A DNA stretch of 63,027 bases, counting the filler, from Bigelowiella natans CCMP2755 (Eukaryota > Protista > Cercozoa), in NCBI GenBank assembly GCA_000320545.1. It is 6 parts of 6 records of this genome, joined end to end, with 100 filler letters (N's around TTAATTAATTAA, not from the genome) between each part and the next. Parts side by side here need not be neighbours in the genome. Positions count along the whole stretch, not along the records: positions 14,687 to 33,683 come from ADNK01002997.1; positions 33,784 to 42,838 come from ADNK01000779.1; 4 more parts are not named here. The stretch is one strand, 5' to 3'. Shown here piece after piece: positions 25,745 to 38,626 of the stretch. The notes beneath the pieces are model-generated. The model did not search any database and was not told where the DNA came from. It saw only the letters and a list, made by a program, of their open reading frames with translations. Each line of letters starts with the position of its first letter. The stretch's first letter is position 1. The position numbers and the translations under genes are program-made.

Positions 25745-26622
25745 TTAGGCGACTGGGGGGCGTCGACGGGATGGTACGGTCCATTCAGAGTCTAGACCTC
25801 GATAATGAGCCGCCCCAGCTTCTGAGCGCACGCGAGATCGTTGATGGCTCGGCATAGGCCTCCACGTTTGTATGGAAGGTTTCTTAAGCGAGAGCTCGTG
25901 ACATTGCCGGCAGTGTTCGATGGTTAGGTCTTGTCTCGTGATCATGCCAATCACGTCTCCATGTCGGTCGACGACGCACAGATGCCGCAATCCTAACTGA
26001 CGAAACCTTTTCGAGGGAGAGAAATAGCATTAACACATTCGTCTTTGCTGGTCAACAGAAAGTACAGATGCTGAGACGCGAAAAGGTGCTAGAACGAACT
26101 GGTTCCTCTCTTGGATGTGATACATACGAAGTTGCATATAGTAGGCTTAGTCGCCGTGAATGATGCTGGCATACAGACATATTCGTTCCCCCACCCCCCC
26201 CCTACACATTCACACCTCACAGAGCAACAATAACATAAACTATAGGAAAACAGTAACTATCTCCTCGCTGCGATAATTACCGTTGGTAGCATTGCCAGAC
26301 TGAAGCGTTCGCCGGTACGGCATGGGGGACGGGGTCGCAATAGCGACCTAACTCTACCCAGCAGTTCTTCTCGTTCTCAGTCAGCTTCAGCGTATCAACG
26401 TGTGGGAAATGGGGGTACCTAATAGTAGCCGCAGGAGAAAAGGGGCACGGCGACGGTGATAACGACGAGGAGGGAGTTTTGAAACAGATAGAAGGAAGAT
26501 GCCAGTCAGTCCGAAGAGGCCTTTCAAACCACTTTCCGTGTTCTTCTTCGTTTTTGATAGCCCCTGCTACTAGTCGCCATTAGCATTCATATTACATATC
26601 AATATATAATATGTGTGTGTGG

Positions 26623-26659
<37 letters not shown>

Positions 26660-26707
26660 CTACATATATTTATACTTACCCTACCCCCCCCCCCCCTCCC
26701 CCCCTCC

Positions 26708-26742
<35 letters not shown>

Positions 26743-29182
26743 TATGTGCGAGCGCGCGCTTTAGCCTTCCCCATCCTCCATGCATGACAGCAATGATGGT
26801 GATGATGGCAGGATTGCCAGTCCATCATTCGAATTATTATTACGTTGATTCCAATTCGTCCCACTGTAGGTTGTTTGCAGTGTCACTCCTGCGTTTGCCT
26901 TGATACGCCCCTTTCTTCTCGTAATGGTCAGGTTGGAGCAGTGCGCGATGCTTAAACTTGTCGCTGAGCAGCTGGGACAGATGCTTCCGCAGGATGATCC
27001 CCGTCAGCTTTCGTCTCGAATTGTCGCTGTGTCTGATGGAGAGTTGCCGCGACACCCCTGCGGTTATATCTAGAGAGGATGATTTCGCTCGCAATCTGTT
27101 GTCCTCCTTAGAATCGCTCCCCGATGCTGCTGGTGCTTGGGATGGGGCCGCCGCTGATGCGACCGATGATTTTTTCCTCGAGTTATAATCGTGGATCACG
27201 ATGGGAAAGCCGTTGTGCGTGCTCTCCTTGAGGACCTGGAGCACCTTTTCAGCGGTTTCGATCTCGTTGAGGGTGACGGGCTGGGTTCGCATTATCTGGC
27301 TGGCAGAGAGGGTTTGGAACCACGCGGGGGGGTCCCACGGGAGGAAAGGTATGTGACGGAGCTCCATGTGGATATCGTACAACCTGGAATATTATAAAAA
27401 CAGCATTTGTGTTTCTACAAGATAGCGGGGGTCGGGCGGCGGGCGGCGGACAGAAAAAGGCTCGAGGAATGAGGGGAATACAAACGATTTCTCGCGGGTT
27501 TTGATTGTAGGTGAGGGGGGGGGGACTGTACCCTTCATTGACCATCTGGCCAACAACACGTGCTGCCACTGCCGTCAAGAAGACAGGAAGGCCAAACTGC
27601 ACCTCCCCTGTGGTCTCGATTATAATCAACGTCACAGAGATGAGCATACGAGTGACACCGCCCAGCATTGCTACGCTGCCGAGCAGCGCATACGTGCCGT
27701 GGTTTGCCTCAGCAATACCAACGGAAGCCCATAGCTGCGATAGCATGTACCTTGGTGGGAAGATCGTGTCAGATGGAGGAGGAGGAGGGAGGAAGAGGAG
27801 GGGGGGAAAGAAGAAGGCCAACAACGAGAAGCAACATGGTGTTGGCTCGGTTTTTCGGTTTGTTGACTCTGTCTTTAAAACCGAAAAACCGAGCGATCAG
27901 CTATGGCTTTTCCACTTCTTAAGCAGATATCTATACCCCCTTCACACACCATACTCACTCCTGGCGAAAATCAGTGTTATTCTCGCGGCGCGGATAAAGT
28001 GATATTGTGACAACTACTTCTACTACTATTTTTACTCCTCCTCCTCCCTCCTCCTCCTCCTCCTCCTCCCACTACTACTACCCGTAGAGTCTTCCAAGGG
28101 CGGCCCCGGACAAGATCATCGGGACAAACATCCCAGAAGGCATCGCAATGCCGTAGACAATGCAGGCGCAGCACGCGTACGGAATGAAAAACAGAATCAG
28201 CACGGCTGGATTAAGGTTACACTCGCTGGATATGTCATTGTGGCTGGGCTCGTAGAAGAGAAACTTGATTGCCTTATCAGGGGAGTTGAACCTAGACGAA
28301 GGGAGTGAAGCATATAATAATTACACATATGTACATACATATTGTTTTGCTGCCCTCGATCTCACTGACCGCACAGACTATACACCTCAACTGCGGGTAG
28401 CCAATGCCCCGATCTCCCCACTTCCCTCTCTCTCATCGTTATTCTCTATCCATCTCTATCATCGCTGCTATCATCTCTCTACCAGACAGAAGCCAGGCTG
28501 TCAAACTCGTCCTCCTTGCAGTAAAACCGCGTCGTGTACTGCATCACACTCTCGCGCGACGGGCAGTTGTCCGGGGCGTCTAGCTTCTTGCAAAAGGCGC
28601 CGCCGGAGATTGCAGGAATTCCGAACGCCAGGATGGCGACGAAGGAGGCGATACATACCACTTCAACATACCGCTGCACGCGCGTGCTAATGTTGTGCCT
28701 TCGCCACTCAGTGAGATGCTCGTTGGCCATATTGAAATAAGCGCCTATCAGGCCGCCGAGGGCTCCAAGGAGCATGAACCCCGGGATTTCCCACAACGTA
28801 AACTCCATCGTTTGCGTCTCCCCCCCAAAGTCCAGGAGACCGCTCTTTGACATCTCCCCCCACGCCTTGACCTCTCCCTTGATTCCGGAGAGAAACACTG
28901 TGGTGACCGCGTCAGAGCACATCGCGCAGAAAAGCGTACCTGCAGCAACAGCAAGAAGGCAAGTCAATAGCCAGTACACGACGTCGTCATCAAAGCAGTA
29001 GGAGTGATGGGATGCAAGATACGTTTGTGCTACTGCCCGCCTGGCTGCTACTCTCCATATAATACTGATACTAACAGGATGCATTCAAATGCATTGTCCA
29101 GTAACAGTAAGAAGCCAGAAAGGGTGTGGAATTGCACAATCGCGAGTGCGAGCGATCAATCATCCAGTCGTCATCGTAACCG

Positions 29183-29214
<32 letters not shown>

Positions 29215-29660
29215 GTTATCGGAAGGTGCATCGGCACAAATAATCTGTCGTCGTTCACATTGACTCGCTGTTGGTTGCAGTTTTATTCTTTCACGTGTAT
29301 CGAATGCCTTTTGTTGGATGTTGTTGTTGTTGTTTGCTGTTGTTCTTTCGGTTGTTTTGGGGTGCTGTTGGTTAGGTCAAGTGGTCTTACGCCAAGTGAG
29401 GTCAGGATGCCACCAGGACGCTCCTTCTTCAAGGCAAAACATCACGCCGGCAAGAGGAGCTCCGAACGCTGCTGCGACCCCTGCGGCAGCCCCGCAGGCG
29501 ATAAAATCGCGTTTTTCGCGGTCATTGCGGAATTCAAGGAATTTTGACCATTGGGTGTCGAAGCCAAACGTAGATGATTTGCCTGAGTGAATAATGATAA
29601 CGTGTTCTCGCTTCTATAGATGGGGTCCAATGGCGTGCCTTTGATTCCGTGCGTGCTTGT

Positions 29661-29697
<37 letters not shown>

Positions 29698-31279
29698 GAG
29701 AGAGAATGAGAGAGAGAGAGAGAGAGAGAATACAAACACGCAAGCACAAACAACACACACAAACTCGCTCATATAATCGCATCGCATCATAGTAATTGGA
29801 TTGCGGCTGTCACTTTGCGGTCATAAAAAAGGCAATCCGAAATGACACGATCATGACCTTGCGACAACCCGGCACCCAAGATAGCTCCGGTGTGAATCAT
29901 AGGCCCCTCTTTCCCAACAGGAAGACCACCACTCACAGCAAATACCACGCCCGTCGCTTTAGCAAAGAGCGTCTTAATCCTCATGGATCTCTTCATCATG
30001 ATACCTGGAGCATGTTCGGACGACACACAACGGATCAAGGGCAGTTTCTGCTTTATTCTTGATTGGGAAATTTCGGATGGGAAGACAGCACCGAGGGCGC
30101 CGATGATTCTGGTCAGCGCATCACGCACATCGCAGCGTGAAAACCATCGGCTGTCCCGCTGTATTATTTTAGATGCCATTCCTTGGAATGGGGCATCAAT
30201 CATATATCTACTGGAAGGATTGCTGTCTCTGTTTTGCTGCTCTCCGCCTCTCGACAATCGGTAGTAACCGCGGTGTACCGAGGGGTCACAAATGCGCGCA
30301 TGAACAAACAATACCGTTGAGCAAGCTCTTGATCTCGGGGATGCCGGATCCAGCAGCAACAGGCTCCCACATTACTAAAAGCCCCCCCACGACGACGTAG
30401 CCGATGGTCATCGCCATAACAAACAAGAAACTTGCACCTCGGAACACCTCACCATCCCCCTCCCTATCCATCAGATCTTGCGCCGTTTTAAGCTTGAAGC
30501 GTAGGAAAGTTTTGGTAAACCTATGCATAATTTTGCAAAATTAGATGTTCGGCCGTGAGAACGCGACAGGCATCGATCTCTATTTTTGCATTACGAGTGC
30601 TGCTGCCCTATTGGAGGCTACTACCATGTTATGGCCACTGCAATAAGGGCGGTGGATATAGCGATTGCGAACGTCAGAGCCCACCGCATCCTGTGCCACC
30701 ATCAGAGGAAGGGAGAGGAGGAATGTGAGTGCCCCGTAAGTTTCATTCTAGATCTACCCGAGTATCATCGGAAGTGAATTTGAACAATAGGTAAAGGCAG
30801 ATGTGTCACCGCCGATGCGCGCAACGGCTTGGTTGTGTAAATATACCATTTTTTTTATTTTTTACGGGGGGTTCCCATTGATTCAATGCGATGAAGGGAT
30901 TATGGAGATTCAAGAGGCATTATATCTTTTCTGTTACTTGTAGACGCGGTAGCTCTCCTCCTCCACATCTTCCCTGGGCTTTCCCATGTATTTCGCCCGC
31001 TGCAGCTCAGATTCGGAAATAGTGTAGTCCAACGTCTCAAATTTCTGTGAAGAGTGCGTCAATATCACAAGGGGGGACCAAGTAAGATCGATAATCATGC
31101 ACCTTCATGGCATCCTCCAGCTCTGTGTTGTAGGAAGAGGCATAATCCTTGTGCACGGACTCTTCGGATAATTCTGAGGCGACCACGGGGTCGGCGATCT
31201 GCAAGCCTGTTTCTAAGAGAGGCTGCTTCTTCAACTCAAGCATTTTTTCCTTGGAATCCATTGTGTTTTCAGGCTCCAT
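25745..31279 (-). CDS. CLC chloride/proton antiporter family protein (CLC-6/7-like) with two CBS domains
   Basis: Motifs [45 protein letters not shown] and LRHLCVVD...GMITRQDL. Confidence 0.95.
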
Positions 31280-31529
31280 GGAGCCTGATAAACGAGGACG
31301 AGAAATGCAAACCCTAGATCTAGATCTAGAGTCAACAGTCAACGCGTTATTACAATGCACACGCACGTTACCGAATTATTCAATGTCGCACGGTAAAAAC
31401 GTCTTGTAAATGTACTTGTATATATACGCCATAATCCCGTCGTTTAACACCCTACGACATCAATATTTCATTGTCTCATCAATCGCACAATCGCACCGCT
31501 CCCCAGCCTCATGGATTGTGTCTTTGACA

Positions 31530-31855
31530 TGTTGCGCGTAAGGTGTTCACAGGCCGAGGCGCTACGTGCACAAGTAGGCAGGGGGGGGGAAAGGCACGTT
31601 TGCTTCCTTTTGAAGAGTTGTGTTTATTTTTATTAAAGATTATATTTTTATTAAATCGTGCACTGCGTAATCATTCGCGAAGCTTTCGCGAATGCCGCCG
31701 CACGTGGGGCAGCACACTTCCGGTGTGCTGCCATGAGTCCCGCCGGAACCCACGTGCCTATGCTGTATTAATATCTACGTTATCTATATTCTATATCCGC
31801 GACAACCCCTTTGTTGTCGCACGTGACTTGTGCCCGCGTAGTGGTACGCGCTACA
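31530..31855 (-). repeat. 3' LTR of Ty3/Gypsy element, copy A (326 bp)
   Basis: TG...CA ends with an 11-bp imperfect inverted repeat (TGTTGCGCGTA / TACGCGCTACA). Same length as 60686-61011; I see only one difference. Confidence 0.95.
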
Positions 31856-31863
31856 CCTCCCCC
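31856..31863 (-). promoter_or_regulatory. Polypurine tract
   Basis: GGGGGAGG immediately precedes the 3' LTR on the minus strand. Confidence 0.85.
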
Positions 31864-33683
31864 AAGTCACGTTGCTCCTTCCTTCCTTCCTTATTCCCTT
31901 AGACCTTCATCGCTTTCGGAACTTCACCAACCACCAGGTAATAGATTCCTCTCTAACCTTATCTCCTTTGTCGCTTACCCAGAACTCACCTTCGTCCTTA
32001 GGTTCGTGTCCATACCAGCCCTCTGCATCAAGGTCCCCCAGGACCTTATACCAGTGCTCAAAGGGTAAGTCGGGAACAGCTAGGTAGAGTAGCTGATATT
32101 TTCCGTCCTTTATTTTCATAGCTACCCTCTCCATATTTCGTAATCCAGGGTAGCCTAGATAGACAATCTTCATGCGCCAATCGTCGTTCACCCTGACCTT
32201 ATTGTTTCCATATTCCACATCGAACTTAGGTCGGGGTCCTAAACAAGGCATTGCTCGCTCCCACACAGTAGGGTTTACTTTAACATCCTCTAGGAGCTTC
32301 TCACCGATATCATAATTCTTTAGGTGACTGATGTGGCGCAAGGTGACCCTGTTCCCATCATAGATGTAGTACTGCTTCCTCCCCTTCCTCTCGGTAACCT
32401 TTGCAACGCCACCCCAGAAGGGGTCTTGTTTATTTCTCGATCTCAGATTTACCTTGGCCCTAACATACTGTCCTTCCTTTAGAACTCGGCCATCGTACGG
32501 GACCTTCTCGTCTTCGCTCTCGGTATCGTCGTCGTTGTCGTCGCCTTCTTCCCTCTCCTTATCCTTGATACCTCCCCCAGACGTGAAGGTGTCGTTTACT
32601 AACCCTTGTATCTTGTCTGGTGTGGTGCTATTTATCCTGCTTAGGTTGGCCAAGGTGCGGTGGAGTCGCTCTACCTTGGAGTTGGACTGGGCATAGTATA
32701 CAGGTGAGGCATCAATATTAGGGTGTGGTAGCTGTAGAAGAGAGGTCTCATTATCCACATGTAACTTCTTTGGTATCTTGTTTATGCTAACTTCATCAGG
32801 GATAGCCTGGAGCTCAGACTCCCAGGTACGGTAGCAGTTAGTAAGCCTCTGCTTATATAAGCCTTTGTTCTTCTTAGCAACGTTGACCTTGATAATCTTT
32901 TTAACCCAGCACTTTCCAGTGGCCACATCAACGAAGGTAAGGTAGTGATAGCCATCGTACTTATAAACATCAATTTGCACGATATCTAAGAAGTTCCTTG
33001 CTTTGATTTTCTTAGATGCACGGCTCTTGCTGGACTCCTTGGTGGCGACGCCTGCCGCCTTCAAGCTGGAGCACCTGCAGCCACGCAGGTATGTCCTTAT
33101 CTCTTTTAGCTTGTAGGGCCAGTAGTAATGGTAGAGTAGAGCAGTGATATGGTTTTCTCCTACGTGTGCAGGTCCATGGGCGGTAAAGAGAAGGGCTCCC
33201 CTGGTCCGCCGTGGCACGTAGGTACGCCTAACATTATTAGTGTATACATATATCCTATCACTAAGTACCTCATGCTTGTGTTTGTATTTATCCAGGTGTT
33301 CTTGAAGGTGCTGGAGCTCCTCTGGCTCAGGCAGGAAGTCGCCGTCCTCGAAGGTAATCGCGTTAACCATAGGGGTGACCTGGGTAGGGACTTTCTTTCG
33401 AACAGCCTGCTGAAATAGTCAGGAAGCTGCTTCTCGTTGCTTCTCATACCATCCACACCTACTACCGTGGTCTTTTTCTGGGTCGGTTTCTTCTTGGACT
33501 TCATCTTTTTCTTTTGTGACGACGATGATGCAGATTTGGGGATGCTACTAGGAATCACTACTCCGACATCATTAAGACCAGTCATTCTCTCGGTTACATC
33601 AAATATGTCGGCATTTGGATCTCGGTCTTCTCCATCATTAGCAGCGGCGTGCCTCATGAAGTTTGCTTGTAGTCTTCTGCCAT

Positions 33684-33783
33684 NNNNNNNNNNNNNNNNN
33701 NNNNNNNNNNNNNNNNNNNNNNNNNNNTTAATTAATTAANNNNNNNNNNNNNNNNNNNNNNNNNNNNNNNNNNNNNNNNNNNN
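33684..33783. other. Artificial contig spacer
   Basis: N44-TTAATTAATTAA-N44. Confidence 0.99.
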
Positions 33784-33951
33784 GTCCCTAGATGATGATA
33801 TTGACATCCAATCGAAGCGTTTGGGAACGAAGAAAAGCATATATGGGTGGTGGGCCAGTAGAGGAGTTGTTCATGAAGGCCAGACACATCATTTTTCCCG
33901 AGATGATATATCCTCTACCATGTGCATTCTCGAGCGCATTTTCACACACAA

Positions 33952-33997
<46 letters not shown>

Positions 33998-34647
33998 TCT
34001 CTATCTTACCCACACACGCACAGACACAAAGAGAGAGAGAGTTGACCTTGTGCAATATCCCTCGCGTTTAGCACAAAAGTCACGTTGTCCAGTTGGCCGG
34101 AGAATCCAGATATGTTGATGGAGGATCGTTCGACAATAACGACGAAGATCCTACAAATAGAGGAGGGGGGGGGGGGGGGGGAGGAAGACGAAAGGAGATG
34201 ATGATGATGATTTTTCTCATAGGATTTCACATATGTAAAATAGCCACGGCAACAATCGGAAAACAACTGAAACAATGAAGGCTTTTGGTATCAGAATGCG
34301 CACTGATGACCTTCTTATCACTTAAGATCATCATCATCATCATCATCATCTAACGAATACTTGCAATGACAAAAATTAGGGACCGAGAATCTATTCTTCT
34401 TAAATATGTCACTTCTGTTGTTATCATCAAACAATATATGTACATCAATTCTCTCCTACTTCAACCACACTGCGAGCAGTCTCACCACTGGGCCGTTCAT
34501 GCTATAAAATCTACCTGTCGTTTTGCTACTTGGAGCTCCCATTAATTTCAACTTCCTTCTTCGGATATTCTCCTCATTCGCGGCGTTGATGTATCGCTTG
34601 TCCTAACCAAATTGGTCAACGTCGTGACTTCAACGAATACATATAAC

Positions 34648-34683
<36 letters not shown>

Positions 34684-34839
34684 TGTGTGTGTGTGTTATA
34701 CATTTTCCTTATTGGTTCGATTGGCGTTTGTTGTGTTAACCGCACATACCTCTGATGTTACGATTACTATGTCAAAGTCTTCTCCTACGGGTAAAAAGGC
34801 AGTGCATGGATTGTAATCATCTGGATGACACTGCCACTT

Positions 34840-34870
<31 letters not shown>

Positions 34871-37162
34871 GACGAACCGAAGCTTTCCTCCACATCGCCA
34901 ATGGCCTCCAGATATGCGTGCCAAGAGAGGCACATGCTCTCATCACGAGAATGCTGAGAATATAATTCATCATGTTATATATTGTGGTGGCAGTGGTGGT
35001 GTTGGGGTGAGAATCATCATCATCATCATCATCATCATTCTTCCACTCTCACTGCTACTACTAGTACTCACCTTGGACTTAGCTCCAACAGGGGTTCCAC
35101 ACTTATCCGAACCCCGTATCGGTAGAGATAGCACTCCTAATCATGTTGAACAAAAAGACCGTGAGGGGGGAAAGAAAGGAGGGAAAGCTGAGGAGAAGTA
35201 GAGAACAGATCAAAGCATTAACGTGCAAACACATGCATACTCAGAGATACAAAATGTCATGGGACTCTTCCTCTTCCTCCAGCTACTCTCGCCTTCCTGA
35301 TCTTCCTGTAGTAGTAGTAGTAGTGGTGGTAGCAGTAGTAGTACCTCTATGCCTGTTCTTCGCCCTGGCCAGAATCGTCTTTGGGATGATCTCCTCAAAC
35401 GTGCTACAGCACACAAAAAAGAAGGAGCAGCCATCAAGTTTCATCAACAAATCTCAGGCAGAAGCACACGCATCATAACCTAAAAATCTACTTTATACTC
35501 TGAAGATGAGGACAAGCACAGGGAAGTTTGAGCGGCCGGGGGGGGAGGGCGGCCGGGGGGGGGGGGGGCTCGTCATCATCCACACTCTCTTTTCTTTTTG
35601 ACTTTTATTCCTCCTCCTCTGTTTTTCATCATCATCATCATCATCCTCGATTTCTTTTCCAATCACTTTTCATCTCAACCGCCCTCAAAGCTAGTAGCTT
35701 CTACTATTACTACGAGTACCCTTTCAGAATCTTTGCCATCCACGCGTTGGGGCGAATAAGGTAAGAAATAATGTACCCTGAAAAGATTAAGATGACGACG
35801 ACGATGATGATGATGATGATGATGAAGAAGAAGAAACTCTTGATTGGGTTGAGGAATAGTAAGTAGTACGGAAATATTCGCAATGATGAATCGTTCGTTG
35901 TGTATAGAAGGGACTTCAAAACAACATGCTAGTTGAAGTCACAAAGAGTTAAGACATGGCTTTGTGGAAAGAGAAGGTATCTTGCTGCTGTGTTGATGAT
36001 GCGTGTGCGGGCAGCAGCACCCATGGGATCGTTGATTGAATCTTCCGTTCGAATCTCCTTAGCATTCGTTTTAAGTCTTGCAACCCTAATCACGTCCGTT
36101 ATAGATGAATAGTGGACTAACAGCAGCAGCAGTAGCAGCCGCAACAGCAGCACTTCTAAGTGTCATGACAACGAGTTCTATGAAAGCGCCCACGCAAAAT
36201 CAAGCCTAGATGTATTAAAAAGAGGTATACTCATTCTTGTAGAGGTTCTCGTAGTTGTAGTATCTCGCGCCTACACACACAGACAAGAGGAGGGGAGGGG
36301 GGGCAACGATGAAACAAATAGCACGAAAGTAGCATTTGTCCTAGCAAGGAGCAGCCTCATCTTACGTGTAAGTAAGACTGATAATAACTAACGACGTCTT
36401 CTTAGCTAGAAGTCATTTGTTCCCCATCGCTCACTACAGCTCGAATTCAAGCACTTCATGCATTTTTTGAAGTAGTAGTAGAGACACATGCGATTATAAT
36501 GCTATTTCGTAAAAAAGTAAAGGGACTGGGGGGGAGAACTCCGATGATTTTTGTTCTGGAACGCAGTTCTTCGATGATGTAGAGCAGGAACCATCCAATT
36601 TTGGTAGGTAATTCTTGATATTTCTGGGGGAAATCTGGTGCTGCTGCTGCTACTACTACTATTACTACTACTACTGTGTTGAAAACACATAAAATGGTGG
36701 CCGTCGATAATTTACCTATCACAGTCCTCATTGGATTGTCACCTATCATAAAGTACCTACACGAGCGAGGAGGAAGGGGAGGAGAAAAAGAAGAAGAAGA
36801 AGCAACATTGGTGGGAAAGGGGTGAGCTTAATGAGAGATGCGAGAAGATGGTATACATGAGAGGAAGAGAACACAAGAAAACCATCAGGACGGGCCTCAT
36901 CGTTCGTCTTTCTATGACTTTGAAAAGAGAAAAATAAAGCACGAAGAAGAAGTCATGATTCTCCAACCGGGAGAACCGATGGAAAGTAATCTGGCTGCAA
37001 GACATTGCAACCTAGTCGTCTCCGTGTTATGAAGCTACGGTAGTAGGAGAAATATCTCTCAAAAATAGATTTCGAATCTTATTAAAGCATCAAATGTTCT
37101 TCCTAAGTTTTTGAATTCCTAAAGGCTGCATCAATCATTTTCATTTCCATGTGCCCCAACGG

Positions 37163-37202
<40 letters not shown>

Positions 37203-37591
37203 GACATTGCTTCGATAGCACTAAACACACCAATGATGCTTGCCTTAGCCGGCCACAGAACAAACATCATTTGTTGTGTTTTCGAAATACGTAATTTTCA
37301 GTAAGTGGTCATGATTACTTACGAGCTATTTCTCAGCATCTGATTCACAGATGTCAGTCCCACGGCTTCTAAAGCTTCTGTGAGGAATAAATGACAACAA
37401 CAATACAGGATATATAGGGGAAGAAGAAAATTGAAAATGAATACTCAATCAATGAGAGTATGTTTTACAATAAATTATCGTCCTTGGCGCTGGGTCTGTC
37501 GTTGTATCATAAAGCAATAACAGCTTTCATGCAAACGTTTTGCTATTTTGAAAGACCAGTCGCTGGGATGAGGAAGGGAGGAATGACAGAA

Positions 37592-37629
<38 letters not shown>

Positions 37630-38403
37630 ATACAGATGCATTTTCGCTACTAATGTTGGTTGAATTCATTTTCTTTCATTATTTCTCTCTGCTCCTGCTG
37701 CTGCGTGAGGCTGTAGCGGGCAATGAGATAGTCATTTGATTGCAGCAGCAGCACCTTGTTCTGTGCAATTTGTTAGGGGCTTGAAATAGCATTCGTAAGC
37801 TTGGCTTGTTCCTGTGACCGAATCATGCATCATCGTCATCATTCATTCTCTCATTAATTTAAAATCAGCATCTTCATAACATCTCTGCAGGTAGTGGCTG
37901 ATTGCTACTAAAAAGTATTCAATTGCCGTGCTAAGGTGCAGCTCTATATCGTCGTGTACGTCACCTGACGGGCAGTTCTCCTTGGTCACTCCAGCGAACC
38001 TGCAATGGACATCATTGTACCACAAACACACTCACGCAAACGCACATACACAAATGAAAATATTATATATATCTATATATATTATACGGGGAAGAGGAGT
38101 GAAAGCTATCATCACATTTGACGTAGCGCTTTTCTTTCTGACCATCATCATCAATGTGTGCACTCGGCTGCTGCTGCTGCTGCTATCACTATTGCTACAA
38201 CTACCATCCTGCATTGAAGTCTTGATGTAAGATAAGGATACGATTTGTATTCAATGCATACTCCATAACCTGTAGTAAACGGCGAGTGTTGTGTGACGAC
38301 TAACAATGGAGAGGAAGGCATATGTAAAGTTTATTTGAGACGCTATATGTTGTGCGCTTCAATCCAGAATATGGAGGCATAACTTCCCCCCCACCCCCCC
38401 CCC

Positions 38404-38464
<61 letters not shown>

Positions 38465-38562
38465 TGTATTTGAGAAGAAGAAGAAGAAAAAGAAGAAGAA
38501 GAAGAAGAAGAAGAAGAAGAAGAAAACGTATACACACACACACACACACACATTAAAAGATG

Positions 38563-38626
<64 letters not shown>

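Larger units (their letters stand above)
31530..33432 (-). mobile_element. Ty3/Gypsy LTR retrotransposon, 3' part (copy A): integrase, GPY/F-like region, Dam-like domain, PPT, LTR
   Basis: ORF 31907-33370 is essentially identical to copy B over about 1 kb and continues a further 166 aa to a stop just before the PPT. Confidence 0.95.

Noticed and set aside
33415-33683. Unrelated ORF fused to the RNase H end of copy A (gene capture)
   Set aside because: It lies in the last 270 nt of a contig, with mismatches and an indel accumulating at the junction. A chimeric or low-quality read end is more likely; long reads would be needed to revive the idea.
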